Below are positions 1-10,166 of a DNA stretch of 64,000 nt, one piece after another (the stretch's first letter is position 1; the number at the start of each line of letters is the position of its first letter). The notes beneath the pieces are model-generated. The model did no database searches and had not been told where the DNA came from. It was given only the letters and a program-made list of their open reading frames with translations. Origin of the DNA: Candidatus Bathyarchaeota archaeon (lineage in GTDB: Archaea > Thermoproteota > Bathyarchaeia > 40CM-2-53-6); NCBI GenBank assembly GCA_963833125.1, contig CAWHWX010000004.1, positions 187,249 to 251,248 on the forward strand, given 5' to 3'. The translations under genes and the position numbers were made by a program.

Positions 1-1
1 G

Positions 2-274
2 ATGGAGAGGACAATTGACCGGCTTGAAGCCGAGTTGACTCCCTTGAAAGCTTTCATATTGCCCGGCGGTGGCGTGACAGGCTCATTGCTCCACAATGCG
101 CGCACAGTCGCTAGACGTGCAGAGAGACGCATCGTGACTCTAAGTAAAGCTGAGAAGGTAAACGAACAAATGCTTCCCTACATTAACCGCCTCTCAGACC
201 TTCTCTTCGTAATGGCACGTGTCGCCAACCACCGGGAGAATAAGGGAGACATCGAATGGCATGCGAAACAATAA
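2..274 (+). CDS. pduO: ATP:cob(I)alamin adenosyltransferase, PduO type (5' part lies outside the window)
   Basis: FILPGG...LHNARTVARRAER...YINRLSDLLFVMAR signature. Confidence 0.9.
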   Translation: MERTIDRLEAELTPLKAFILPGGGVTGSLLHNARTVARRAERRIVTLSKAEKVNEQMLPYINRLSDLLFVMARVANHRENKGDIEWHAKQ

Positions 275-334
275 CCTCAAGAGTTCGATTCATTGCTCCA
301 ACTTCGAGAAGAGTACCCGGGAGGATAATTCGTA

Positions 335-1321
335 ATGCCTGAGGAAGCGATCGTAACCAAGGCTTTGACGAAGGTCTTCGGTCATTTTCCCGCGGTCGAT
401 GGTCTAAGCATAGGGGTAGGTAAAGGAGAGTTGTTTGGTCTGCTTGGACCGAACGGCGCTGGAAAAACTACTACCGTCCGAATGCTTTGCACCCTAATCG
501 AACCTACACGAGGAACGGCGAATGTTGTGGGTTATGATATTCGCGAGCAGGCAGCTGAGGTTAGGCGCCAAATTGGCGTGGTTTCTGAAGGAGTCTCCCT
601 ATACAAGGATCTGACGATCCAAGAGAACTTGAAGCTGTTGAGTACGCTCTACGAAATCCCTCGCCCCAAAGCAGAGGTTAGAATACGAGAGTTGATGGAT
701 ATGTTCGCCTTCAGGGAAAAAGCGACCCGACTAGTAGGTGCCCTTTCGACTGGGTGGGCGAAGAAGGCTATGATCTGTGCCGCTTTGCTTCATAGCCCGC
801 AGGTTCTATTTCTCGACGAAGTAACCTCCGGCCTCGACCCTCAGTCAGCTATCGCACTTCAGGATTTCACGAAAAAACAATGCGAACAGGGTGTGACGGT
901 GATCTGGACTACGCACTACATGGGCGAACCTGAGAAGATCTGCGACCGGGTTGGGATAATGTTCGCGGGAAGGTTAGTACAGGTTGGCACGCCGGACGAA
1001 CTGAAGCATAGCGTGAGTGAACTTTCGATAGTGGAGGTGGAAACGCCTAACCTGACCAAGGCTCAACTCGACAAGGTGAAACTCAAACTCAAAGTAATGA
1101 ATCACGTCTGTAGTGTGAAGTATGTGGATTCGAAACTTCAAGTCAGCTGCGAGCGAACGGAGACGCTCGCCGAAGAGGTCGCAGCTACTCTGCTTGATGT
1201 GGGCGCGAGGATTAGAACGATTAACACCAAGGACCCGACCCTTGAAGAAGCTTTCATCGCATTGACCGGCGGTGAAGAAGAAATCGACAGATTCCTCGAG
1301 AGTGCGGGACAAAAAACATAG
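335..1321 (+). CDS. ABC-2 (DrrA-like) exporter ATP-binding subunit
   Basis: Walker A GPNGAGKTT, degenerate signature LSTGW, Walker B FLDE, H-loop TTHYM, C-terminal PTLEEAF. Confidence 0.93.
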   Translation: MPEEAIVTKALTKVFGHFPAVDGLSIGVGKGELFGLLGPNGAGKTTTVRMLCTLIEPTRGTANVVGYDIREQAAEVRRQIGVVSEGVSLYKDLTIQENLKLLSTLYEIPRPKAEVRIRELMDMFAFREKATRLVGALSTGWAKKAMICAALLHSPQVLFLDEVTSGLDPQSAIALQDFTKKQCEQGVTVIWTTHYMGEPEKICDRVGIMFAGRLVQVGTPDELKHSVSELSIVEVETPNLTKAQLDKVKLKLKVMNHVCSVKYVDSKLQVSCERTETLAEEVAATLLDVGARIRTINTKDPTLEEAFIALTGGEEEIDRFLESAGQKT

Positions 1322-1339
1322 AACGCAGTCGATATTCTA

Positions 1340-2506
1340 ATGTCGGTCGGAACATTTCTCAGCGATTCCCTAGCCATAGCTGAGACTGAATTTCGGCAAT
1401 TTCGAAGGAACCGAAGCGCCATACTCATCTCCCTTGTAGTCTTACCCCTATTCTTCACCGTCTCCCTCGGCGCAGGTCAAGGTGGCGCAGGTTCATCTTT
1501 CTCCCCTACGGCAGATATTCCGATCGGCTTTGTAGACAATGACAATTCAATCGCCTCACTCCGCCTCTGGCAAACGTTAACCAGATCACCGGACTTTCAT
1601 AACTTGATACAATCATATAATGAGCAGGCCGCCATAGCTGAGCTCGGAACTAAACGAGTCTACGCCGTGATCGTTGTCCCCAAAGGTTTCCAAAATGAAT
1701 TGGAAAACGGAAATCAAGCGAGGCTAATACTCTATACCGATGACAGCGAGCCTGGTGTGTCCGACCAAATCCAGAGCACACTAACGGGCTATGCGCAGAA
1801 TTTCGACCCGAACGTAGAAGTTCAGCCGCACCTGAGCCAGTTGCAGAAGCAATCGGTTGCGGGAGTTGGCGTTGTTCAGAAGGGCGCCATATTCCCCAGC
1901 TTCAACGTTGGATTAACCACCATACTAGCGATCGTGCAAATTTTTTCAGCGTTCTATGAGATTGCAGGCGGAATGGCTCGAGAACGGGATGAGGGAACCT
2001 ATGCCCGTCTCCTCGCCTCGCCAATTCCAATTGGCGCAATCATGTTGGGGAAAACACTTTTTGACATTGCCTTGAGCGTTTTGAGAACGTTCATTGTTCT
2101 TGGGATTGGCATTTACGGGTACGGGGCGAGACCGAGTACAGATTTCGGCACGATCCTCGCGTTGTCTCTTATCGTTGCGCTCGTAACGATGGGAATTGGC
2201 TTCGTTGCAGCTGCCTTGAAGATGGGGCAAAGGGCTGTGGTGATCATTACGTTCTTTCTGATCCTATTTCTTTTCGCGTTCAGCGGGTTGATCATTGACA
2301 GCAATTTGCTCGTTGGAATCTCGCAAGCTATCAGTTACTCTCTACCCTTCACCTACGCATTCGACGCGTTGAGACGCACAATACTGCTGGGTAGGCCTTT
2401 GCTCTCACTGACTTTTGATCTTGAATATTTGATTGGATCCATAATCGTCTCGTTCGCATTGGCCTTCGTACTGCTTCGCAGCTTCCGAGAGAGGTTGGTT
2501 ACTTGA
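1340..2506 (+). CDS. ABC-2 type permease
   Basis: N-terminal TM, extracellular domain, ARERDEGT motif, five C-terminal TMs; follows the ATPase. Confidence 0.9.
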   Translation: MSVGTFLSDSLAIAETEFRQFRRNRSAILISLVVLPLFFTVSLGAGQGGAGSSFSPTADIPIGFVDNDNSIASLRLWQTLTRSPDFHNLIQSYNEQAAIAELGTKRVYAVIVVPKGFQNELENGNQARLILYTDDSEPGVSDQIQSTLTGYAQNFDPNVEVQPHLSQLQKQSVAGVGVVQKGAIFPSFNVGLTTILAIVQIFSAFYEIAGGMARERDEGTYARLLASPIPIGAIMLGKTLFDIALSVLRTFIVLGIGIYGYGARPSTDFGTILALSLIVALVTMGIGFVAAALKMGQRAVVIITFFLILFLFAFSGLIIDSNLLVGISQAISYSLPFTYAFDALRRTILLGRPLLSLTFDLEYLIGSIIVSFALAFVLLRSFRERLVT

Positions 2507-3630
2507 GCACTTTCGTTAATGACACAGTTGCCATTACCACGAAAGAACTAAGACAACTACGCCGCGACCCCGTCTCGTTGATCTTGACGGTTATGTTCCC
2601 AATCATCCTCATCAGTATCTTCATAGTAATCGTTGCTGCCTTCAGCGCCACCACCCATAATGTTCCAGTGGTCGTCGCTGATCTAGACGGTACGCCAGCC
2701 TCGAACGCTATGCTTAACGAATTAACTCGATCACGCTTCATCCACGTAAACCAACTCGTGCAAACCGAAGACCAAGCCTACCAAGCGGTTGCCAATGGGC
2801 AAGCAGTGGGAGCCATAATTATACCTCAAGGATTCGGAAGTGCGCTTCAGGCTGGAGACGCTTTCGTTATCGTTTCTACTGATAATTCTAAGTTGACCTC
2901 TTCGCAGTTCGTGATTGGCGCTGTGAACTCGGGCGCTCAGGATCTCGTTAACCAGGTGACCTCAGGTGAAGGCATTAGTTTCGGACTCAAGATTGCCCCA
3001 ATCGACGTAATCACAAGACCTCTGACGGGGCGTCCGCCTAGCGGGGACCCGATCCTGCCCGGCTTCCTGGGCTTAATCGCCATCCTTGGAGGTTTTGATG
3101 ACATCGTGAACGCGATTAACCGGGAACGGGAACGAGGGACATTTCCACGCTTGACTCTAACTCCAGTGAGCCTGTTCGCGGTTTACTCCGGTAAAATGTC
3201 CGCAACAGTAGTTCTTACGATTCTACGGACTGCGTTGATGCTGGTAATCTTCAGTCTTTATGGTTTGGTAATACATGGAAGTCTCATACTCATCTTCCTG
3301 ACAACTATTCTAATCGCGGTCTTCACATTCTCTTTAGGCTTAACGATTTCAACGAGAATCCGAAGTACAACGACTCTGACGGTTTTGGAGATAGCGATGA
3401 CGTTCCCGCTGTTCGCGTTGGCTGGGACCACGAATTCCCCGCTTCTACTTGCGCCTGGTGGTAGGGCGATCTCCGACAGCCTGCCCTGGACTTATGGTAA
3501 TGATGCGCTTAGACGTTTGATCTATCTGGGGGCTGGGTTGAACGCGATTAGTGGCGATCTTCTCGTCCTGTTCATCAGCAGTCTCATACTGATGCCGATC
3601 GCGATTCTTCTATCGAAACGGACGATGTAG
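2503..3630 (+). CDS. ABC-2 type permease
   Basis: KELRQLRRDP start, RERERGT motif, multiple TMs; 4-bp overlap with the previous gene. Confidence 0.9.
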   Translation: MSTFVNDTVAITTKELRQLRRDPVSLILTVMFPIILISIFIVIVAAFSATTHNVPVVVADLDGTPASNAMLNELTRSRFIHVNQLVQTEDQAYQAVANGQAVGAIIIPQGFGSALQAGDAFVIVSTDNSKLTSSQFVIGAVNSGAQDLVNQVTSGEGISFGLKIAPIDVITRPLTGRPPSGDPILPGFLGLIAILGGFDDIVNAINRERERGTFPRLTLTPVSLFAVYSGKMSATVVLTILRTALMLVIFSLYGLVIHGSLILIFLTTILIAVFTFSLGLTISTRIRSTTTLTVLEIAMTFPLFALAGTTNSPLLLAPGGRAISDSLPWTYGNDALRRLIYLGAGLNAISGDLLVLFISSLILMPIAILLSKRTM

Positions 3631-3632
3631 TG

Positions 3633-6600
3633 TTATCGGCGTCTTCTTCGATCCAACATGAACGCTGCGGCTGCACATACGGTTATTGTGGTTAGGGGAA
3701 TAGTTGCGAGCTCAGGTATCGGGATTTGGCTTTCTTCCAGAATGTAGTTGAGTGCATCATTCTGTTCTCCTTGGTTCACGTTAAGCGTGAACATGATTTG
3801 CTGGTGGCCTTCGGTATGGTTCCATTCGGTAATTGTGGTTTGGTAGGTGCCTGGGTTTAGGTATCCGTCAAACCATCCGTCCCACGTGTACCAGTAATAC
3901 TGATACCCAGTACTGTCAACCAGCTCCACCCTTACCCAACTCATCGTTCGGGTTTGATCGTCCCAATTCATTCCAAGTATGATTCCCTGAATGTACCCTC
4001 GTCTGTCTACCTCGAACTCGGCTGAAGCTTCGCCGCTGAGCGGAGCGTTTAGGATTAGAGTGAATCCATTTTGCGCGTATGGTCCGAGGTGGTTGTACGG
4101 GAAGAAGTATGGTGATTCGCCTTGAAGGAGGGCTGGGGCGGGAGGGTACGCAGCGGTTGGCCTGTACCAGTTCACGAAATCAACCATCACCGTCCACGAC
4201 CCGAAGTAACTGCCTGCGTAAGCGCCGCTGCCCCATATTCCATGGTCTGGGGAGAATAGGGTGGCGCTTCGGATGCGGGAAGTTGCGCTGCTGGGTTCCA
4301 CGTAGCTGAACTCCCCTGCGAGGTCCTTGTAGGTCAATAATGTGGTTCCTGCCGGAAGCGCTTGGTTGGTGATTTTGTTTCCGTTTGCGAAGAAGCCGAC
4401 ATTTGATGAGCGGAGGAGTATCCCTGCGTCTGAGGTGAATGAGGTTGTCGCGGCAACTAGCCTGTCTTGGTCATCGAATATGCGGAACCTAACCGACATA
4501 TTGTAAGGTGTTCCCGAAATTATTTTCTCACTCTTGAAGAGAACACTTACTGTCAGGTTTACACCAACTATGAGGTTGACGTGTGTGTCAGCCATTTGGG
4601 CGAGCCATGGGACGGCCACGTAAACGTTTCCAAGGTCACCGAGCGTGACCACGTTCTCTTGCACATACCCATACGTCCACGCATTCAGGGCGTAGGTCCC
4701 CGGGTAAATGGCGAGGTTCGATCTGAATGATGGTAGTCGGTATGAGGTGAAATTGAATAAGAAACCTTCATGGAAGTTTTCTTGTAGGAAATCAAAGGTG
4801 GTCATACTGTTTGCTGGGTCCGTGGAGGGTACATTGGGGAAGTCAGGCCCGATGCTATCTACGCGGACACTCCCGTTTGTCACGAGGTAGCTAGATCCTG
4901 ATCCGTAACCTGTTAACCATCCCGACCATGGGAGGTCCGTGAACCCTGAGTTCTGTTTAGGTATCATCCATTGCAACTGTTTGGCGTTCCAGAAGTTGAT
5001 TACGTCAATGAAGTTCTGTGACGAGATGTCGTACACTAGAACATTCACAGATGTGTCGTTCCACACCCAGTTCCGTTCGACCCTGGGTCTCTCCCAGTCG
5101 GTAGATACTAGAGTGACGTTGATGCTGCCGCCTCTGTACATGTGAGTGCTTGCTGCCACGAGACAGGTCCCGACCGAGACCGTTACTGATAGTGGTTGGT
5201 CTAATTCGTCGAATGACTCTGCTGGCGGAAGGGCCTGGATATAGCCCCGCATGAATAAGCGGACCGTGTACGTATCGGTTGGCAGTCCATAGTCGTATGC
5301 GCCCCTGTATCTGGCGAGTGAATATTTGATTGGTGCTCGCGGGTCGAAGGTGGATATGTGAAGCGGGTCACCAGCCATCCCCAAACCGTTCAGGAGTATA
5401 GACATCTCAGACTTCGACGATGAGACTTGAGTAAAGTTGAATCCTGCCAAGGAGTTGTCTCTCGCGAACGCTTCCGCGATCAGATAGCGTGCTGGGTCAG
5501 GGCCTCCTATCGGAGCTTCCACTAGCGTGGCTGGGTCGTTATGGAAGTGGACTGTGATGTTGACGCCGCATGTTTGTACAATGTCTATTGGTATGTTGGT
5601 GTTATAGGGGCCTATGTCTGGGACGGTGAAGGAGTAATCCACGAAAGTTGTCCCATCAAGAGTAGTCTGAACGTATCCATTCAGGAAGACTCGGATGTAG
5701 TAGGTTCCGGGACTCAGGCTGTTCGTCCATGTCGCGAAGACCTCCGGGACCATTCCTGAGAACTTCGTTGGCACGCCGTAGACGCCCTCCGACCCAAATT
5801 GGAACGTGAACTCCGAGGCTGATGATCCCAGACCGGTGTTTGGGTCGAGATTGCCGCGTGGGTCGACCCACCAGACCTGCGCCGGTCCCACGCCGTTATA
5901 CAACCCGAAAGGATCTCTGATGCCCGGGTTCGTGTACGTGTAGTAGCTTGTGGGACCCTCCCAAGGGAATGCTACCTTTTTCGGGCCCGTTACTCCTGAA
6001 ATTAACCCGCTAAACCCTGTAGCTGAGAAGAATGTATTTCCGTTAACGAACGATGTGTAGGGGGCATTGGTGAGGTTGATGGGGGATTCGGTTTCGATGC
6101 TTGGAACGTCGTAGGATTTACTATTGTAAATGATTACTGAGATTGGCCGTTGGGCTGGCCACGGGATTTCCCCAAACCCTTGTTTGGAGAAAATTGTAGC
6201 TCGCAGTTGAAAGCCAACGTCAAGGTATCCATCAACCTTAAGCGACTGCCCCCGAGTGACCCTTACATTGCTAGCTATCTTCTGTTCGGGAAGCCCAGCC
6301 GCTGATGCGTAGATATCATACACTCCTGGGGCGACACCTTCTATCTCATAGTGGCCCTTAGCGGTTGCGTTGAAGTACCCTCTTGCCTCAACCGCTCGAC
6401 CCGTCGGCTCGTTTGTCAGCGGATCGTTTGCAATCCCGACCGCTCTAACCATTCCTGGTAAGTTGATGGGTTGTCCATAGAGAGTGCTGTTCAGATCTCC
6501 ATACCTGAGGGTGCCCGAGATTATGGCGGGGTCCACTTCGCCCTTTACGAGGAGCACTGGCCAATTCTCCATTGGCATTGTGCCCGCGATCAAATTAGAG

Positions 6601-7388
6601 GACCCGGTCGTGCATATGCTCGTGCACCCGTGCACGGGGTATGAGTCGTTGAGGAACATTTTGAAAAAGTATCGTCCAGCGGTGAAAGGTGCTTTCATCT
6701 GGTTGATTCGAATGTAATACCAGTTATCAAATTTCTTGTTGAAGTTGAACGTGATCCCTGAGGGTGGCGCTCGGATGTATATGATCCATGAACCGGGTTC
6801 GAATGGATCGTTCATGTCCGCTCGGGTCACGAATATGCTTCCGTAATCGTTCGTGATTGTGGTGACGATGTTGGTGTTATCACCTTGATCCCAGTTGATT
6901 CCGGCGGCGGGTTCGAACCCATCTTGAATTAGTTTGCCTGTTGCATCGAAGACAGGTGCGGGGATGTAGATTGCTAAGCTTGTGTAGTTGAATCGGCTTG
7001 GGCTAGGGAAAACGTTGGGGTTTGAGAAATTTAGGGCGAAGATCATGTCTCCTACGCTGTCGTGGTCGGCGGTTGATGTGAGTATTGCGCCCTCAGGGCT
7101 GTATGAGTCTCCCGCGGCTTGGAGCGGTTGCTGATCAGTAAAGGGCGACTGATAGCCGGGCGGGTTGGTGGCTACCCCCGAGTATGTATTTAGTCCACTA
7201 CCGGGCCAGACGTATCCTAGGGGGCCAGGGACGTGGTTACCTGGTGGTGATGTGGTTAGCTCAGTATCGTTTGTTCGGTAGGGGGATGTTCCAGTCAAAT
7301 CTCCTAGAGTTGTGTGAGCCCATACGGGAGCGACGTATGAGAGTGCGAGGGCCATCAATAGTAGGACAATGGCCCACCTTCGAGCCAA
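3633..7388 (-). CDS. Large secreted cell-surface protein (1251 aa) with carboxypeptidase-regulatory-like beta-sandwich repeats and a PEF-CTERM-like tail
   Basis: Signal peptide MARRWAIVLLLMALALSYVAPVWA; repeated 'PG(V/T)Y' beta-sandwich motifs; C-terminal IPIPEL + TM + RRRRR. Confidence 0.8.
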   Translation of the reverse strand: MARRWAIVLLLMALALSYVAPVWAHTTLGDLTGTSPYRTNDTELTTSPPGNHVPGPLGYVWPGSGLNTYSGVATNPPGYQSPFTDQQPLQAAGDSYSPEGAILTSTADHDSVGDMIFALNFSNPNVFPSPSRFNYTSLAIYIPAPVFDATGKLIQDGFEPAAGINWDQGDNTNIVTTITNDYGSIFVTRADMNDPFEPGSWIIYIRAPPSGITFNFNKKFDNWYYIRINQMKAPFTAGRYFFKMFLNDSYPVHGCTSICTTGSSNLIAGTMPMENWPVLLVKGEVDPAIISGTLRYGDLNSTLYGQPINLPGMVRAVGIANDPLTNEPTGRAVEARGYFNATAKGHYEIEGVAPGVYDIYASAAGLPEQKIASNVRVTRGQSLKVDGYLDVGFQLRATIFSKQGFGEIPWPAQRPISVIIYNSKSYDVPSIETESPINLTNAPYTSFVNGNTFFSATGFSGLISGVTGPKKVAFPWEGPTSYYTYTNPGIRDPFGLYNGVGPAQVWWVDPRGNLDPNTGLGSSASEFTFQFGSEGVYGVPTKFSGMVPEVFATWTNSLSPGTYYIRVFLNGYVQTTLDGTTFVDYSFTVPDIGPYNTNIPIDIVQTCGVNITVHFHNDPATLVEAPIGGPDPARYLIAEAFARDNSLAGFNFTQVSSSKSEMSILLNGLGMAGDPLHISTFDPRAPIKYSLARYRGAYDYGLPTDTYTVRLFMRGYIQALPPAESFDELDQPLSVTVSVGTCLVAASTHMYRGGSINVTLVSTDWERPRVERNWVWNDTSVNVLVYDISSQNFIDVINFWNAKQLQWMIPKQNSGFTDLPWSGWLTGYGSGSSYLVTNGSVRVDSIGPDFPNVPSTDPANSMTTFDFLQENFHEGFLFNFTSYRLPSFRSNLAIYPGTYALNAWTYGYVQENVVTLGDLGNVYVAVPWLAQMADTHVNLIVGVNLTVSVLFKSEKIISGTPYNMSVRFRIFDDQDRLVAATTSFTSDAGILLRSSNVGFFANGNKITNQALPAGTTLLTYKDLAGEFSYVEPSSATSRIRSATLFSPDHGIWGSGAYAGSYFGSWTVMVDFVNWYRPTAAYPPAPALLQGESPYFFPYNHLGPYAQNGFTLILNAPLSGEASAEFEVDRRGYIQGIILGMNWDDQTRTMSWVRVELVDSTGYQYYWYTWDGWFDGYLNPGTYQTTITEWNHTEGHQQIMFTLNVNQGEQNDALNYILEESQIPIPELATIPLTTITVCAAAAFMLDRRRRR

Positions 7389-7436
7389 GCAATATTCTGC
7401 TCCAAGCCAACTAGATCGCTATACGCCCTGCATCGT

Positions 7437-8717
7437 CTACTTTTCGTTCGTGGCGGGTCGCTGTGCGGCCGCCTTTGCCTTTCTTCTTCTCATGTAGAGG
7501 AACCCGCCTCCTCCAACCACTACTACGACTACCAACGCGATAAGTGTGACAGGTGCTGCGGGTGGTTGGACTGTCAAGGATATTGTGTATGTGTCATCTA
7601 GGGCGTTGTTGTCTTGAGTCCAGTCGAATCGGAGGTCGATATTGTACTGTCCCGGTTGAGCTTTACTGTCTATATCAACGGTGAAGAACGCCGACTTCGT
7701 CTCATTTGCATACATTGTTCCTAGGAAGTCGGTTAGGGTTCCTGTGAAGAAGTTGCCTACCATTAACTCCACACGGACCGAGTCTGCTTCTACCGACCCA
7801 GCATTTCTCACGTCTACCCTGATCACGTCTCCCGAATCGCCAACACCAACGACGGAGGGTGTGACGGTGAGAATGTCGTACTTCACCTTCTCGGCAACAT
7901 ATAATGGAATCTGCCCGATTGGTACGAGCGTGCCGTTTGTAAGGTGCCCCAGAATTATCGAGTATTGGCCGAAGGTTGCGTTCTTAGACACGTCTACGAT
8001 GAAATTCGCAACTGTTGTTTGGCCAGGCGGAAGATTCCCTACATAGATCTGATCGGATCCGCTTGAGGAAGGGGTGAAAGGCGGCATCAGGTTAAGCTGA
8101 AGTTGAAGATCTTTAGCTGTCCCCTGCCCTGAGTTTACGATCGTAACCGCAACGGTTACCGCCTTACTATCGGGGTAGACCTTTGTCGGATTCGTCTCAA
8201 CTCCCTGAACGTGCAATTCTCCCTTCCAAATCGGCACATCTACCTCTACAGTTGTGTCAATTGCTTGAAGTTCTCTCGCTGACTTGTATGTTAGTTCAAG
8301 ACTGTTACGATAGATCCCCTCCTTTGCTGAGGGGTCGATGTTCAAGGTGTACTTGAGCGTGTATCCTTGCCCCGCTTGCAGGTCACCTGCAGCTTGGGAA
8401 ACAGAGGTGCCGGAGTATTGAACCCCATTCACATAATATTCGTAAATCAGTGGCGAGCTAATCATGAGGGTTGCGTTGACGCTACGCGCCACATCGTCGC
8501 CAACGTTCGTAATTAGGATCGACAACTGTAAGCTAGTATCGCCTGGGTGGGCGGTATCGGGGCTCGAAGGGTCACCGCCCCAAAATACGTTGGTCACTAC
8601 AACATTCGCAACCCCTATCGCCTGTACAGGTTGCGCTCCTAGGTGCAGCAGCATTCCAAACGAAATAATGAGCAATAGACCAAATGCTCTTCCGCATCGC
8701 ATATCTATAATCTCCAC
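7437..8717 (-). CDS. COG1361-type S-layer-domain/CARDB-like surface protein with C-terminal membrane anchor
   Basis: Signal peptide, three Ig-like repeats (NVGDDVA, NSGQGTA, NAGSVEA), C-terminal TM + RRRK. Confidence 0.8.
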   Translation of the reverse strand: MEIIDMRCGRAFGLLLIISFGMLLHLGAQPVQAIGVANVVVTNVFWGGDPSSPDTAHPGDTSLQLSILITNVGDDVARSVNATLMISSPLIYEYYVNGVQYSGTSVSQAAGDLQAGQGYTLKYTLNIDPSAKEGIYRNSLELTYKSARELQAIDTTVEVDVPIWKGELHVQGVETNPTKVYPDSKAVTVAVTIVNSGQGTAKDLQLQLNLMPPFTPSSSGSDQIYVGNLPPGQTTVANFIVDVSKNATFGQYSIILGHLTNGTLVPIGQIPLYVAEKVKYDILTVTPSVVGVGDSGDVIRVDVRNAGSVEADSVRVELMVGNFFTGTLTDFLGTMYANETKSAFFTVDIDSKAQPGQYNIDLRFDWTQDNNALDDTYTISLTVQPPAAPVTLIALVVVVVVGGGGFLYMRRRKAKAAAQRPATNEK

Positions 8718-8791
8718 CTAACTCGTTTTGCCGTCATTGTACCAGCGGGCTTTAAAGTTGCGCTCGAAGTTCTGCAAGTCAACGCACCGTT

Positions 8792-9193
8792 CTAATCATT
8801 CGCCCTTCCACGTCTCAACAGATCATGAAGGGCTCTCCGTCCGAACACTTCCGCATACATCGCGAGGATTCCAAGCAATTTCTCCTCCCATTCCTTCTGG
8901 GACTCCTTAATCCGTTTCAATTTTTTCACCTGGGCCGTTCGACCTTTCGGTGTAAGGGCATAGTAGACTCTACCCGACTTCTCATCGCGATTCGATTTGA
9001 TAATTCCTCTGCGCTCCATGCGTCGAAGGAAAGGATAGATCGTACCAAAACTGACCTTAATGTGTCCTCCACTCATCTTCCTAAACCGCGAGGCTAGCTC
9101 ATAGCCATACGCTGGTCCATCCTTCATGGCCAGAAAGAACATTACCTCATACGGGCCTGTCTTGAATCCCTTCGCCATTAGCGTTGCCCACAT
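8792..9193 (-). CDS. PadR family transcriptional regulator
   Basis: GPAYGYELA...SFGTIYPFLRRMERRGII...RVYYALTPKG winged-helix motif. Confidence 0.92.
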   Translation of the reverse strand: MWATLMAKGFKTGPYEVMFFLAMKDGPAYGYELASRFRKMSGGHIKVSFGTIYPFLRRMERRGIIKSNRDEKSGRVYYALTPKGRTAQVKKLKRIKESQKEWEEKLLGILAMYAEVFGRRALHDLLRRGRAND

Positions 9194-9196
9194 CCA

Positions 9197-9265
9197 TATC
9201 GTATCGATACATCAGGCGGCGTATTTTAATATTACACACTATCGATAAGACAGTATCGTATCGAT
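9197..9265. promoter_or_regulatory. Putative PadR operator in the divergent padR/ABC promoter
   Basis: TATCGTATCGAT direct repeat at 9197-9208 and 9254-9265; palindromes GTATCGATAC (9201-9210) and TATCGATA (9240-9247). Confidence 0.6.
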
Positions 9266-9351
9266 GTACGAAACCGCACTATAAGGAATGACATGATGGC
9301 ACCGCTCAACGTCCACTCTGGGACGCAATAAGAATCAACTGAGGCACAACA

Positions 9352-10164
9352 ATGACACTCCAGAGAACAGAGTTCGCCCCGCTATCTCAATATGCGATTG
9401 AGACTCATGGTCTTACAAAGAAATTCGGGAACTTCACGGCCGTCGACCACATCGACCTCGCTGTCCGGAAGGGAGAAATCTATGGATTTCTTGGACCGAA
9501 TGGCGCAGGAAAGAGTACCACCATTCGCATGCTTTGCACCTTACTTAAGCCAACTTCAGGCACCGCAACCGTTGCGGGATTCAATATCGATAGCGAAGCA
9601 AATGAGGTTCGCAAACGAATTGGATTAGTTTCAGAGAAGCTAATCATGTACACCCGGTTGACGGCTGAACAGAATCTGATGTTCTTCGGCAAACTCTACG
9701 GAATAGATAATTCGGAATTGAAGTCGAAAGTCGAGGAACTACTGGAGATGGTCAAGCTTACACCCTTCAAAGATCGAAGCGTGGGTGGCTTCTCAAGCGG
9801 CATGAGGCAAAGAATGAACGTAATCCGGGCCCTAATTCACGATCCTGAAATCATCTTTCTGGACGAACCAACCACAGCGCTTGACCCTCAAAGCACGAAG
9901 TTCGTGAGGGATACAATACTCGATCTGAAGAGAGGAGGACACTCGATCATTCTGACCACACACATCATGGAAGAAGCAGACGAATTGTCGGATAGGATTT
10001 CAATTATTGACCATGGAAAAATCATGGCAACGGGAACGGTTGCGGGACTTAAGGAACAGTATGGTACGGAGTCAATGCTTGAAGTTTTCCTGACGGTGAC
10101 GGGCCGAGAGCTACGCGATTCGGCTTCAGACCGCGTTAGCATGAAAGCTGTCGGGAGAATGTAA
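9352..10164 (+). CDS. ABC-2 exporter ATP-binding subunit
   Basis: GPNGAGKST, FSSGMRQR, FLDEPT, TTHIM. Confidence 0.95.
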   Translation: MTLQRTEFAPLSQYAIETHGLTKKFGNFTAVDHIDLAVRKGEIYGFLGPNGAGKSTTIRMLCTLLKPTSGTATVAGFNIDSEANEVRKRIGLVSEKLIMYTRLTAEQNLMFFGKLYGIDNSELKSKVEELLEMVKLTPFKDRSVGGFSSGMRQRMNVIRALIHDPEIIFLDEPTTALDPQSTKFVRDTILDLKRGGHSIILTTHIMEEADELSDRISIIDHGKIMATGTVAGLKEQYGTESMLEVFLTVTGRELRDSASDRVSMKAVGRM

Positions 10165-10166
10165 AC

